Source: an uncultured Gammaproteobacteria bacterium
GTDB taxonomy: Bacteria; Patescibacteriota; Microgenomatia; Levybacterales; GWA1-39-11
Assembly: GCA_964409875.1 (NCBI GenBank)
Contig: CAYPEN010000003.1
Span: 128,557 to 192,556 of the forward strand
DNA: 64,000 nucleotides
Direction: 5' to 3'
Positions 55,750 to 64,000 of the stretch are shown here, one piece after another. A model generated the notes under the pieces. The model worked only from the letters and a program-made list of their open reading frames with translations. It was not told the origin of the DNA and did no database searches. Position 1 is the stretch's first letter. Each line of letters starts with the position of its first letter. The position numbers and the translations under genes are program-made.

Positions 55750-56446
55750 TTATTATTTTCCCATCCTTTATCATTATCAGCCTTTTGGCATAGCGTGCGA
55801 TATCTGGCTCATGGGTAATCATAACGATTGTGTGTCCCTCTTTTTGATTTAGATTTTGAAAAATTGCCATTATTTCTTCAGCCTGATCAGACGCAATATT
55901 GCCTGTAGGCTCATCCGCTAAAAGGAGCGTTGGATTCATAGAAATACCGCGTGCTATAGCGACGCGTTGTTGTTGCCCTCCCGATAACTGACTGGTGGTG
56001 TGTTCCATTCTTTCAGATAGTCCAACCATGGAAAGATATTTCTTAGCACTCATAAGACGCTTTTCATAGGCAATTCCCGCATAGCGCATGGGAAGCATAA
56101 CGTTTTTCAATGCAGACGTCCTAGGGAGGAGATTGAATGCTTGAAAAACAAATCCTATTTTTTTGTTGCGGATTTCTGAGAGTTCATCTTCAGTCAACTT
56201 GCCTACGTTGTGTCCATCAAGAAGGTACGTTCCGGAGGTTGGTGTATCAAGTGCGCCGAGTATATGCATGAGAGTTGATTTGCCGCTACCTGAAGGTCCC
56301 ATTATTGCGACAAACTCTCCTTTTCTAATTTCAAAGGATACATCCTGAAGAGCGGTCGTTTCGATATCTCCCATCGTATACTTTTTGGTCAAATGGGAAA
56401 CTTTAATTATTGGAGTAGTCATATTATCTCCCCCGTGCTCCACCAA
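55715..56446 (-). CDS. ABC transporter ATP-binding protein (MacB/LolD-type)
   Basis: Walker [10 protein letters not shown], signature [13 protein letters not shown] and Walker B LLLADEPT. Confidence 0.85.
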   Translation of the reverse strand: MVEHGGDNMTTPIIKVSHLTKKYTMGDIETTALQDVSFEIRKGEFVAIMGPSGSGKSTLMHILGALDTPTSGTYLLDGHNVGKLTEDELSEIRNKKIGFVFQAFNLLPRTSALKNVMLPMRYAGIAYEKRLMSAKKYLSMVGLSERMEHTTSQLSGGQQQRVAIARGISMNPTLLLADEPTGNIASDQAEEIMAIFQNLNQKEGHTIVMITHEPDIARYAKRLIMIKDGKIISDEKNRRERNE

Positions 56447-57722
56447 TTACCCGTACGTTGCCTCCTCCCCCAAATCCTCCAAAGCCCCTGTTTAGGCCAC
56501 TAAAAGGAGATGTTCCACCTGCTTGGGAAGTCGTTTGGCCGCCTACAACCACAGTATCACCCTCCGATAGCCCTGAGATAATTTCTGTCGAGGCATCCGA
56601 CGCAATTCCAGTTTCCACCTCAACAACCTCTATCTTTCCGTTTCGTAAGCGCTCAACAGTTGGGGTTCCTGACGCAGTTTGGATAGCTGTTGTGGGAATT
56701 GTCAGTACGTTATCATGTCGCGCTGTTTGGATAATGGCAGTAGCACTCATTCCAGGTTTAATTGCAGCGGGTGGAAGTACGAGGGAAATGTAAGCCGTAA
56801 ATGTAACGACGCCTGAAGTATTAGTTCCAATTGTGTCAATACTTGTTACACGGCCGACAAAAGTTTGGTCAGGGAAAGCATCAAGCGTTACCGTTGCCTT
56901 TTGTCCTACCTTTACTTTCGATATGTCTATTTCATTGACAGGAGCTTTGATTGAAAGTTGCGAAAAATTTCCAAGCACTAAAATAGGAGTGCCCGACGTA
57001 TTGGAATTATTTGTTGCACTGTTGTTATAGGTAGTACCAGTTGCGGTGACATTACTACCGACTCCTAAAGAAAAATTTGCAACAGTTCCTGCAATCGGTG
57101 CTGTGATAGTTGAATCTTGTGTTGCCGCATAGGAAAGCGAGGCTGCATTATAAGATGCATTAGCCGCGGCAATTACACCTTGCTGATTTTTATAGTCCGC
57201 TTCCGCCTGGAGCCAGTCTGCGTTTTCCCGTATATAGGTTGGGTCGGTTTTTTGTTGTTCTGTCGGATTTTGAATACCACGGTCAGTTACAAATGCCTGG
57301 TTAGCCTTGAATAGGGCAGATTGTAAAGAATTCATTTTTGCTTGTGAAGCTTTTAGATTGTTTTGGGCGGTTAGTAAAGCGGCAAGTGCTTGCTCCTGTT
57401 CTTGGGGTGTTGCAGTAGATTTTACGCTGAATAAATTTTGTCCCGGCTCTACCTCGTCTCCGTTTCTCACATATATCTGAGATATAACCCCATTGGTAGG
57501 CGAGCCAACATTTGTTTGGCTATCGGATGTAACATTTCCGCTTTCGGTAACACTTTCAACAATATTTTCCCTTGCAACAATGGCTGTTTGGTACTGTGTT
57601 TGCGGGTTTTTTTTGTTCCAATTTAAGAGTAGGAAAAGTACTAATATGACACCAGCGATAAGAGCAAAGACCCTCGCTTTGAGAGACATTTTATAAATAA
57701 CACCTAAAATTTTTGACTTCAT
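56424..57722 (-). CDS. HlyD/MacA-family periplasmic adaptor (membrane-fusion protein)
   Basis: N-terminal TM, a coiled-coil hairpin region and beta-barrel/MP domains. Gly-rich C-terminus. Confidence 0.6.
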   Translation of the reverse strand: MKSKILGVIYKMSLKARVFALIAGVILVLFLLLNWNKKNPQTQYQTAIVARENIVESVTESGNVTSDSQTNVGSPTNGVISQIYVRNGDEVEPGQNLFSVKSTATPQEQEQALAALLTAQNNLKASQAKMNSLQSALFKANQAFVTDRGIQNPTEQQKTDPTYIRENADWLQAEADYKNQQGVIAAANASYNAASLSYAATQDSTITAPIAGTVANFSLGVGSNVTATGTTYNNSATNNSNTSGTPILVLGNFSQLSIKAPVNEIDISKVKVGQKATVTLDAFPDQTFVGRVTSIDTIGTNTSGVVTFTAYISLVLPPAAIKPGMSATAIIQTARHDNVLTIPTTAIQTASGTPTVERLRNGKIEVVEVETGIASDASTEIISGLSEGDTVVVGGQTTSQAGGTSPFSGLNRGFGGFGGGGNVRVIGGARGR

Positions 57723-57775
57723 AAATTGTTCCCAATTATAATTTTCTTATCTGAAATTCAGCTTAACGCAGGGTC

Positions 57776-58777
57776 TTAAACAGGCAACTCAACTGTAAAA
57801 GTGGAGCCTTTCTTTGAAGAAGAGCAGGAGATTGCACCTTTGTGCATGGAGACGATTTCCTTAGCAATTGAAAGTCCCAACCCATAACCTGGAACGTCTG
57901 AAGAATTCCTGCTTTTATCGACCCTATAAAACCTGTCGAATATCCGTTCTTGTTCCTCTTCTGGTATTCCTATTCCCTGGTCCGTTACGTCAATGGTTGC
58001 GACTCCGCCTGTAACGCGTGAGCGGATTACAATTTTAGTGGAAGAATTGCTATATTTTATAGCGTTATCCAGCAAAATGGTAAAAAGTTGAGTAAGACTT
58101 TTCGTATTCCCAACTACCGTTATTTGTGGAGTTTTGTTGAGGATTGTTATCTTTTTTTCCCGTGCCACACCCGAGACGGTTTTTATTGCGCTCTCGATAA
58201 CAGAAAACATTTCTACCTTCTCAAAACTTACCACGGTGCTCTCAAGGCTTGTAAGCCGCATCAAATGCTCTGTCAAACCCTGCAGTCTTATGACTTCTTC
58301 TAAATTACTTTTTAGTATCGCGTCGGATTCTGAAAGTGTTCTTTTTTTTCCCATTAAATACACCTCTATTTCTGAGCGAAGGGTCGTGAGCGGTGTTTTG
58401 AGCTCATGTGACGCATCCCCTATAAAACGTGCCTGATCCTCGACTGCTTTTTTTATCGGGTCAAGAGTTCTTCCCGCTAGAAAATAGCCGGCAATTCCAG
58501 CACCCGCAAGGATACAAATATTTAACACAATAAGGCTTGCAATAAGCCTGCTTCTCGCCTCATACACTAACTGTTCATCAAAAGGGTTGGTTTCATATGG
58601 CACCTGAGCTTCTCCGAGTTGTTCGCGGATTCTCTCTTGCCGGAGTTCCTGATAGTGCTCAAAACGTACGAGTTCACGGTTCACGTCGACAAAAATGACG
58701 ACGCTGAATATAAAACTGATAAGCATAATAAGAAGAAGGTACCAGGCGGTTAGTTTGAGACGGGTGGAGTGGAACAT
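57776..58777 (-). CDS. sensor histidine kinase (two TM helices, short extracellular loop)
   Basis: H-box SHELKTPL, N-box LLDNAIKYS and G-box GYGLGLSIAKEIV. Confidence 0.75.
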   Translation of the reverse strand: MFHSTRLKLTAWYLLLIMLISFIFSVVIFVDVNRELVRFEHYQELRQERIREQLGEAQVPYETNPFDEQLVYEARSRLIASLIVLNICILAGAGIAGYFLAGRTLDPIKKAVEDQARFIGDASHELKTPLTTLRSEIEVYLMGKKRTLSESDAILKSNLEEVIRLQGLTEHLMRLTSLESTVVSFEKVEMFSVIESAIKTVSGVAREKKITILNKTPQITVVGNTKSLTQLFTILLDNAIKYSNSSTKIVIRSRVTGGVATIDVTDQGIGIPEEEQERIFDRFYRVDKSRNSSDVPGYGLGLSIAKEIVSMHKGAISCSSSKKGSTFTVELPV

Positions 58778-58778
58778 A

Positions 58779-59474
58779 TTAGTCTGATATCTTATACCCG
58801 AAGCCTCTAACTGTAGTTATGAGCGCTTTTTTACTCTTAAAAGGTTTGTCAATTTTATTTCTCAAATGCGTAATGTATACTTCGACGGAATTGGGAAGCA
58901 CATCAGAATCATAATTCCACACATGATTTATAATTTGTTCTTTCCGGATAATGGTGCCTTTGTGTCTTATAAGGTATTCAAGGAGTGAAAATTCTTTGTT
59001 GGAAAGAGAGATAGGAATTCCATCCCGCTTAACATCAAACGTAACGCTGTCGAGGGTAAGTCCGTCTACTTTTAATTGGGACGTGAGAGAAGAGTGGGGT
59101 CTTCTTGTGAGGGCACGAAGGCGGGCAAGAAGTTCTGTGAAAGCAAATGGCTTAGGAAGATAATCATCAGCGCCGCTATTTAAGCCTTCAACACGTTCAT
59201 GCACTTCCCCCAAGGCAGTTAACATTAAAATTGGTGTGTGGATATTATTCTCCCGGAGTCTTTTGCATATAGCTACCCCGTCAAGTCCCGGTAATAGTCT
59301 ATCCAAAATAATAGCGTCGTATTCCTCGCTTGAAGCATAATCATACCCGCTGGTGCCATCATATGTCACATCTACTGCGAAAGACTCCTGCTCCAGCCCT
59401 TTTTTTATTGAATTTGCAATTTTGTGCTCATCCTCAACAAGTAGCACGCGCATAGCCGTATTGTACCAGAACAA
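58779..59474 (-). CDS. OmpR/PhoB-family response regulator
   Basis: Receiver domain (RVLLVEDE...AIILDRLLPGLDG) plus a winged-helix output. Confidence 0.8.
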   Translation of the reverse strand: MFWYNTAMRVLLVEDEHKIANSIKKGLEQESFAVDVTYDGTSGYDYASSEEYDAIILDRLLPGLDGVAICKRLRENNIHTPILMLTALGEVHERVEGLNSGADDYLPKPFAFTELLARLRALTRRPHSSLTSQLKVDGLTLDSVTFDVKRDGIPISLSNKEFSLLEYLIRHKGTIIRKEQIINHVWNYDSDVLPNSVEVYITHLRNKIDKPFKSKKALITTVRGFGYKISD

Positions 59475-59494
59475 AGCTTAATTATCGCTGAAAG

Positions 59495-60454
59495 TTACGT
59501 TGATGATTGGAGTAGTTGCTCCAATTCTTTTAGTGTGTCCTCTTTATAAATTGAAACCGTCATTACTATTTTCCCAATTTTTTCAAGCTCTTTACATTTT
59601 CTGAGTAGTTCAGCAGAAGTAACAAGATCGCACTTTGTCAAAAGAACAATTTCTTTCTTGGTAAGCAGTTGTTCGTCGTATTTTGCAAATTCATCCCGTA
59701 CAGTCTGGTATGTCTTGGCAACATTTTCTTCGTCTGAAGCAATGCAATGAAGTAACATTTTTGTTTTCTTTATATGTTTCAAGAAAGTCAAGCCTAAGCC
59801 TTTTCCTTCAGATGCCCCCTCAATAAGCCCTGGAATATCAGCGATTATTGTATGACCCAATGCACCTAAATTTGGTTCTATGGTAGTAAACGGGTAATTA
59901 CCCACTTTAGGGGTCGCATTCGTCAACTTTTTCAAAAGTGAACTTTTACCTGCATTCGGAAGACCTACAAGACCTACATCTGCAATCAGATTAAGGATAA
60001 GGTGCAGCTTCCGCTCATCGCCTACTCCTCCTTGTGCTATTCGTGGTTGGAGTTTGCCAGGGTTGGGCTTGTAATCGTGATTTCCCATGCCTCCCTGTCC
60101 TCCATATGCAACACAAAACGGCTCTTCAGTAAGTATTTCAACCCATTCATTTGTTTCCTTATCTTGAATGGTTGTTCCAAATGGCACTTTTACATAGAGG
60201 TCCACGCCGTTTGCCCCATCGAGGTCTTTGTGCTGCCCACTGATGCCATTCTGTGCTTTTAAAGTTTTTTTGTACTGGAATTCAGAAAGGTCTGAGACGT
60301 TTGATGAACCGAGAAAATAAATATTTCCCCCATTTCCTCCGTTTCCGCCATCAGGAGCGGTTTTTTTACTCCCATAGATTTGTTTGGTTGCTGTTGCACC
60401 GTTTCCACCGTCTCCTGCTTTTACTGTAATTTTTACATCATCAACTAATGCCAT
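59495..60454 (-). CDS. obg: GTPase Obg/CgtA
   Basis: Gly-rich Obg fold (GDGGNGATA...DGGNGGNGGNIYF) and G1 GLVGLPNAGKSSLL. Confidence 0.8.
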   Translation of the reverse strand: MALVDDVKITVKAGDGGNGATATKQIYGSKKTAPDGGNGGNGGNIYFLGSSNVSDLSEFQYKKTLKAQNGISGQHKDLDGANGVDLYVKVPFGTTIQDKETNEWVEILTEEPFCVAYGGQGGMGNHDYKPNPGKLQPRIAQGGVGDERKLHLILNLIADVGLVGLPNAGKSSLLKKLTNATPKVGNYPFTTIEPNLGALGHTIIADIPGLIEGASEGKGLGLTFLKHIKKTKMLLHCIASDEENVAKTYQTVRDEFAKYDEQLLTKKEIVLLTKCDLVTSAELLRKCKELEKIGKIVMTVSIYKEDTLKELEQLLQSST

Positions 60455-60491
60455 ATGCGTATTGTACCTTATATGCTACACTTTTTTCGTA

Positions 60492-60797
60492 ATGGAAATA
60501 AAAGCAAGAAAGTTGACGAACTGGATTGGCAAGACGGTAGGACTGATGGGGAAAGAAAAGCCAGAAGCTGTTTTTTTTACGACAAGGTGGGGAATACACA
60601 CTCTTTTCATGCGATTTCCTATTGATATTGTTATCATGGACGAGAAGAATACCGTTAAAGTAATTAAAAAAGGGATGGTGCCCTACCGTTTTTTTTTGTG
60701 GAACCCCGGATATGAAAAAGTTCTTGAGCTTCCTAACGGCACAATACAACGGCTAAAAATACATATTGGGGAAAAATTAACGCTCACTTTTGTTTAG
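60492..60797 (+). CDS. DUF192 (COG1430) family protein
   Basis: TRWGIHTLFMRFPIDIVIMDEKNTVKVI and LELPNGT resemble DUF192. Start placed at an internal Met, because the track ORF overlaps obg. Confidence 0.45.
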   Translation: MEIKARKLTNWIGKTVGLMGKEKPEAVFFTTRWGIHTLFMRFPIDIVIMDEKNTVKVIKKGMVPYRFFLWNPGYEKVLELPNGTIQRLKIHIGEKLTLTFV

Positions 60798-61905
60798 CTT
60801 TGTCCGTTACTTCTACAAAAAAAGCAGTTAAAGCAGTTGTGATGGGAACTGCCATAATTAGACCAATGCTTGCGACCATCGTCCTAACCGCTTCCTCTGC
60901 GATTATTTCAAAATTTACAACAGAGGAGAAAGGAAGCGGGTTATTGATAAAAAGAAGAAGTAAGGGGAGGGAAGCTCCTGCGTACACTAATATCAACGTG
61001 TTTACCATAGAGGCAATGTGATCTCTGCCCACATCCATAGCTCTTCTAAAAAGTTCAAAAAAACGTATAGAGCGATTGGCATCCTTAAGCTGATAAACGA
61101 TTGCGGCTTGGGAGACTGTTATGTCTTGTAAAACGCCTAAAAGCCCGATAATAACACCACCCAGAAGAAGTCCTTTTATGTCAATTGTTCCTTGTTTAAT
61201 AATGTTCAGGTATGAAGCTTCTTCAGACGCAAATCCACTCAAATGGGTAAGGTTTATAAAAATTCCAGCAATGACTCCGGTTATGAAGAGTGCAATTAAT
61301 GTTCCAATAATTGCACTGACTGTCTTTCTGTTAACGCCATGGGATAGAAAAAAAGTAACCGGTATGATGACACTAGCGGCCAATACGACAACCAAAACCG
61401 GGTTTGTTCCTGACGAAACTTGCGGGAGCACAAAGAGGAAGAGTATTGCAAATGTTACCGCCATACCGACAAGAGAGCTCAAACCTCTCTTACCGCCTAC
61501 AAAGATAGCCAGTAATGCAAAAAGCGCAAAAAGCAAAAAGAGAGGGGTGCGTCTGACAAAATCCGTTATAGTGAACATATCCTGTCCTTTATCATTTTTT
61601 TCAATTGTTACAACTACAGTGTCCCCAGCCTGGTAAATTACAACACCGCTTTGGTCGTATTTTCCATTTTCAATCTGCAACTTCTTTCCTTTGTATTGGC
61701 CAGTAAGCCCTACAAGCTCTAGCTTTTGATATGGATGCCTGTTTCCGCTCGTTTCAATAATCTCACTGCTCTCAAGAACGTTGGTAATTTTTGCTTCGAG
61801 TTGGGTTTGCGGAGAGTTGGCTGTTTGATTTTGTTGGGCACTTGCTCCCCTTAAGGGAATAAGGAGAAAAATAAGCACACCAAGAACAAGTAGATAATAC
61901 TTCAT
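60784..61905 (-). CDS. YibE/F-family polytopic membrane protein
   Basis: Signal/TM, a soluble N-domain of about 110 aa, then eight TM helices. Confidence 0.45.
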   Translation of the reverse strand: MKYYLLVLGVLIFLLIPLRGASAQQNQTANSPQTQLEAKITNVLESSEIIETSGNRHPYQKLELVGLTGQYKGKKLQIENGKYDQSGVVIYQAGDTVVVTIEKNDKGQDMFTITDFVRRTPLFLLFALFALLAIFVGGKRGLSSLVGMAVTFAILFLFVLPQVSSGTNPVLVVVLAASVIIPVTFFLSHGVNRKTVSAIIGTLIALFITGVIAGIFINLTHLSGFASEEASYLNIIKQGTIDIKGLLLGGVIIGLLGVLQDITVSQAAIVYQLKDANRSIRFFELFRRAMDVGRDHIASMVNTLILVYAGASLPLLLLFINNPLPFSSVVNFEIIAEEAVRTMVASIGLIMAVPITTALTAFFVEVTDKAKQK

Positions 61906-62005
61906 ATAGACAATTATATACCTCCATCTTTAACAATTCTTGCATCTTTCTCACCTATTCGATAGCAATTGCGAATACAATAAGTTAGAAAGGAGGTGAA
62001 TAATT

Positions 62006-62293
62006 ATGCATGAGGAAAAAAATACAAGCGTGCTTGCGTCTGTGGGTATAACAGGAGCACTTTTAGGGGCGGGTATTACGGCAGTTGCCTTTGCTTTAAG
62101 AGATAGAGGCAACAGAAAGAAAGTTGTGCATTCTATTAGAAATTTCAGAAAGCAGGCAGCGGATATGCTTTCAAAAGCCGGAGAAGAAATCCGTGAGAGC
62201 AGTAAAGACATAGGGGAGCAGAAAGATGAAATTGTATCGGAAATGAAAGACCCGAAAGAGTCGAATATTGAAAAAAGCACGAAATCGCTATAA
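62006..62293 (+). CDS. YtxH-like small stress protein
   Basis: N-terminal hydrophobic helix then a charged helical tail. RBS GGAGGTGA. Confidence 0.45.
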   Translation: MHEEKNTSVLASVGITGALLGAGITAVAFALRDRGNRKKVVHSIRNFRKQAADMLSKAGEEIRESSKDIGEQKDEIVSEMKDPKESNIEKSTKSL

Positions 62294-62329
62294 CTTCCTT
62301 TTTGTCTTTCATAACGGTACAATAGAAAT

Positions 62330-62713
62330 ATGAATGTATTAACACCAGACGAGGAAGATGTGATAGTTCATAAAGGTACCGAGCGGCCATTCAGTGGGGA
62401 ATACGATGATTTTTTCAAAGATGGAGTTTTTATATGCCGAAGGTGTAATTCTCCTCTTTTTACTTCAAAGAGCAAATTCGATGCGGGCTGCGGATGGCCG
62501 TCTTTTGCTGAGAATTATCCCGATGCAGTAAGGCGAGTTCCGGATGAGGATGGTGAGAGAACCGAAATACAGTGCGCGAATTGCGGTGGTCATTTAGGGC
62601 ATGTTTTTGAAGGAGAAGAATTGACAGAAAAAAATACACGACACTGTGTTAATTCGCTTTCAATACGTTTTATTCCGCTTGACTCGAAGATGCCGCCTGT
62701 TTTGCATGAGTAA
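62330..62713 (+). CDS. msrB: peptide-methionine (R)-S-oxide reductase
   Basis: CxxC...CxxC zinc site and catalytic GGHLGHVF...RHCVNS. Confidence 0.8.
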   Translation: MNVLTPDEEDVIVHKGTERPFSGEYDDFFKDGVFICRRCNSPLFTSKSKFDAGCGWPSFAENYPDAVRRVPDEDGERTEIQCANCGGHLGHVFEGEELTEKNTRHCVNSLSIRFIPLDSKMPPVLHE

Positions 62714-62715
62714 GC

Positions 62716-63885
62716 ATGAAGCGATTTTCACTATTTGTTTTGTTTTTCGGCTTTCTTTTAGTCCTTTTTGCCCTAAAAAATAATAAAGAGCCTCGCATTC
62801 CTCAAATGCCAAGTGCATCACCATTTCCTCAAGGGCTGACTATTTCAAAAGGGGATGTTCCCCCAATTTCCTTTTCGCTCCCTCAAGGATTTGTTGTCCA
62901 CATTTATGCCAAAGACTTAGGGACTCCACGGGATTTACAGTTCACTCCTGGCGGAACTCTTTTGGTCTCTGACCCCTCAGCAGGCAGAATTATTGCGCTG
63001 CCGGATAAAAATGGAGATGGAGTTGCAGATGAAGCCGTAACTATTGCCAAGAATATTCCCCACGCGCATGGCCTCGCTTTTTCCTCAAAACTTCTCGTTG
63101 CTGGACTTAACGCACTCTATCAATTTGACTGGGAGGAAAAGACGCTTCAGGCAAAAAATAGAGAGGTTGTTTTTTCCTATCCTGCAAATAACGACCACAA
63201 TAATAGAACCGTTGTGGTTGATAGAGCTGGGAACATATTGCTCAGTCTGGGGTCATCCTGCGATGTTTGCCAAGAGAGCCCAAATAGGGGAGGGTCGGTT
63301 CTTATACATACACCGCATGGGCAAACACGCGTATATGCAAGGGGGCTTAGAAACGCGGCATTTTTGGCAATACAACCTGTTACGGGAAAACTTTGGGGAA
63401 CGGAAATGGGAAGGGATAATTTAGGAGACAATGTACCTCCCGATGAAATAAATATCATTGAGGATAGTGGAGATTATGGGTGGCCGAATTGTTATGGAGA
63501 GAGAATACCTGACAGATCTTTCAATCACAATTCGGATTGTGCAAAAACAATACCACCGGTTTACGAATTTCCTGCTCATTCAGCTCCATTAGGATTGACC
63601 TTTATTGATTCTTCGCAGTTTCCTGCTGGCTGGCAAGATGATTTATTGGTAGCGCTTCACGGATCATGGAATAGGACTATAACGATAGGTTATAAGGTAG
63701 TGCACTTGAAAATTGAAGGCGGGAAGGTTGTTTCGTCGGAAGACTTTATGAGTGGATTTAATCTAGGAACTCAGAAAGAGGATAGTCTTGGAAGGCCGGT
63801 AGATTTGGCGTTTGATACCATAGGAAATCTTTATGTATCAGATGACAAGGCAGGGGTAGTATATATTATTCAGAAGCTACCCTAA
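62716..63885 (+). CDS. PQQ-dependent sugar (glucose/sorbosone) dehydrogenase, beta-propeller
   Basis: Signal peptide. Recurrent HGLAF / GNLYVSD propeller blades. Confidence 0.6.
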   Translation: MKRFSLFVLFFGFLLVLFALKNNKEPRIPQMPSASPFPQGLTISKGDVPPISFSLPQGFVVHIYAKDLGTPRDLQFTPGGTLLVSDPSAGRIIALPDKNGDGVADEAVTIAKNIPHAHGLAFSSKLLVAGLNALYQFDWEEKTLQAKNREVVFSYPANNDHNNRTVVVDRAGNILLSLGSSCDVCQESPNRGGSVLIHTPHGQTRVYARGLRNAAFLAIQPVTGKLWGTEMGRDNLGDNVPPDEINIIEDSGDYGWPNCYGERIPDRSFNHNSDCAKTIPPVYEFPAHSAPLGLTFIDSSQFPAGWQDDLLVALHGSWNRTITIGYKVVHLKIEGGKVVSSEDFMSGFNLGTQKEDSLGRPVDLAFDTIGNLYVSDDKAGVVYIIQKLP

Positions 63886-64000
63886 AATTTAAAAGAGAAT
63901 TTTGAGAAGAGGTTTTTAAGATATTCTTCCAGTTTCTCAAAGAAATTTTTCTGTTTTTCTTTTATGGCTTTTGCTTTTTCCTTTGCATTTTCAATTTTCT

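Noticed and set aside
1-64000. CRISPR array
   Set aside because: No series of regularly spaced identical repeats with unique spacers was seen. The only tandem repeats are coding (Cys-rich modules, PVTNP, SDGK) or the 28-bp doublet at 12536.

Overview
This reads as a 64-kb chromosomal window from a small, low-GC (about 38-42%) genome that makes peptidoglycan (murF, alr, D-Ala-D-Ala carboxypeptidase) and carries sortase-anchored surface proteins. The style resembles Patescibacteria/CPR or a reduced Gram-positive-like lineage. All calls rest on reading the six-frame translations and the DNA by eye; no searches were run.

Main contents, in order along the window:
- Three Thr/Pro- and Cys-rich surface proteins at the left edge.
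- Six tRNA genes (Arg-TCT, a His-GTG-like tRNA with an aberrant T-loop, Gly-TCC, Pro-TGG, Ala-GGC, Leu-TAA), each lacking an encoded CCA and each flanked by short direct-repeat copies of its own termini.
- A zwf-gnd oxidative pentose-phosphate pair.
- A zur-zupT zinc module with a palindromic box embedded in a consensus promoter, followed by a matrixin-like Zn-protease.
- A cupredoxin, rarA, a DsbD/CcdA-thioredoxin fusion and murF.
- A glycan-assembly locus of about 15 kb (22.0-37.3 kb), led by an excisionase-family HTH gene under a perfect sigma70 promoter. It comprises a dual-GT2 synthase, a flippase-like::GT4 fusion, a kinase, a CE4 deacetylase, three paralogous GT2 genes (one frameshifted), three GT-C (ArnT/PMT-like) membrane glycosyltransferases and a glycoside-hydrolase-like protein. 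A 7.5-kb stretch inside it has only about 25% GC.
- A sortase with a cognate LASTG-type substrate.
- A general-stress cluster (YeaQ, single-domain receiver, CsbD, YflT-like).
- A cytoplasmic GAF histidine kinase and response regulator cotranscribed with an uncharacterised Walker-A protein.
- A P1B-like P-type ATPase, alr, and an ApbE / FMN-binding protein / membrane-FNR flavin redox module.
- A two-component system with a YknXYZ/MacAB-like ABC exporter, then obg, msrB and a PQQ sugar dehydrogenase.
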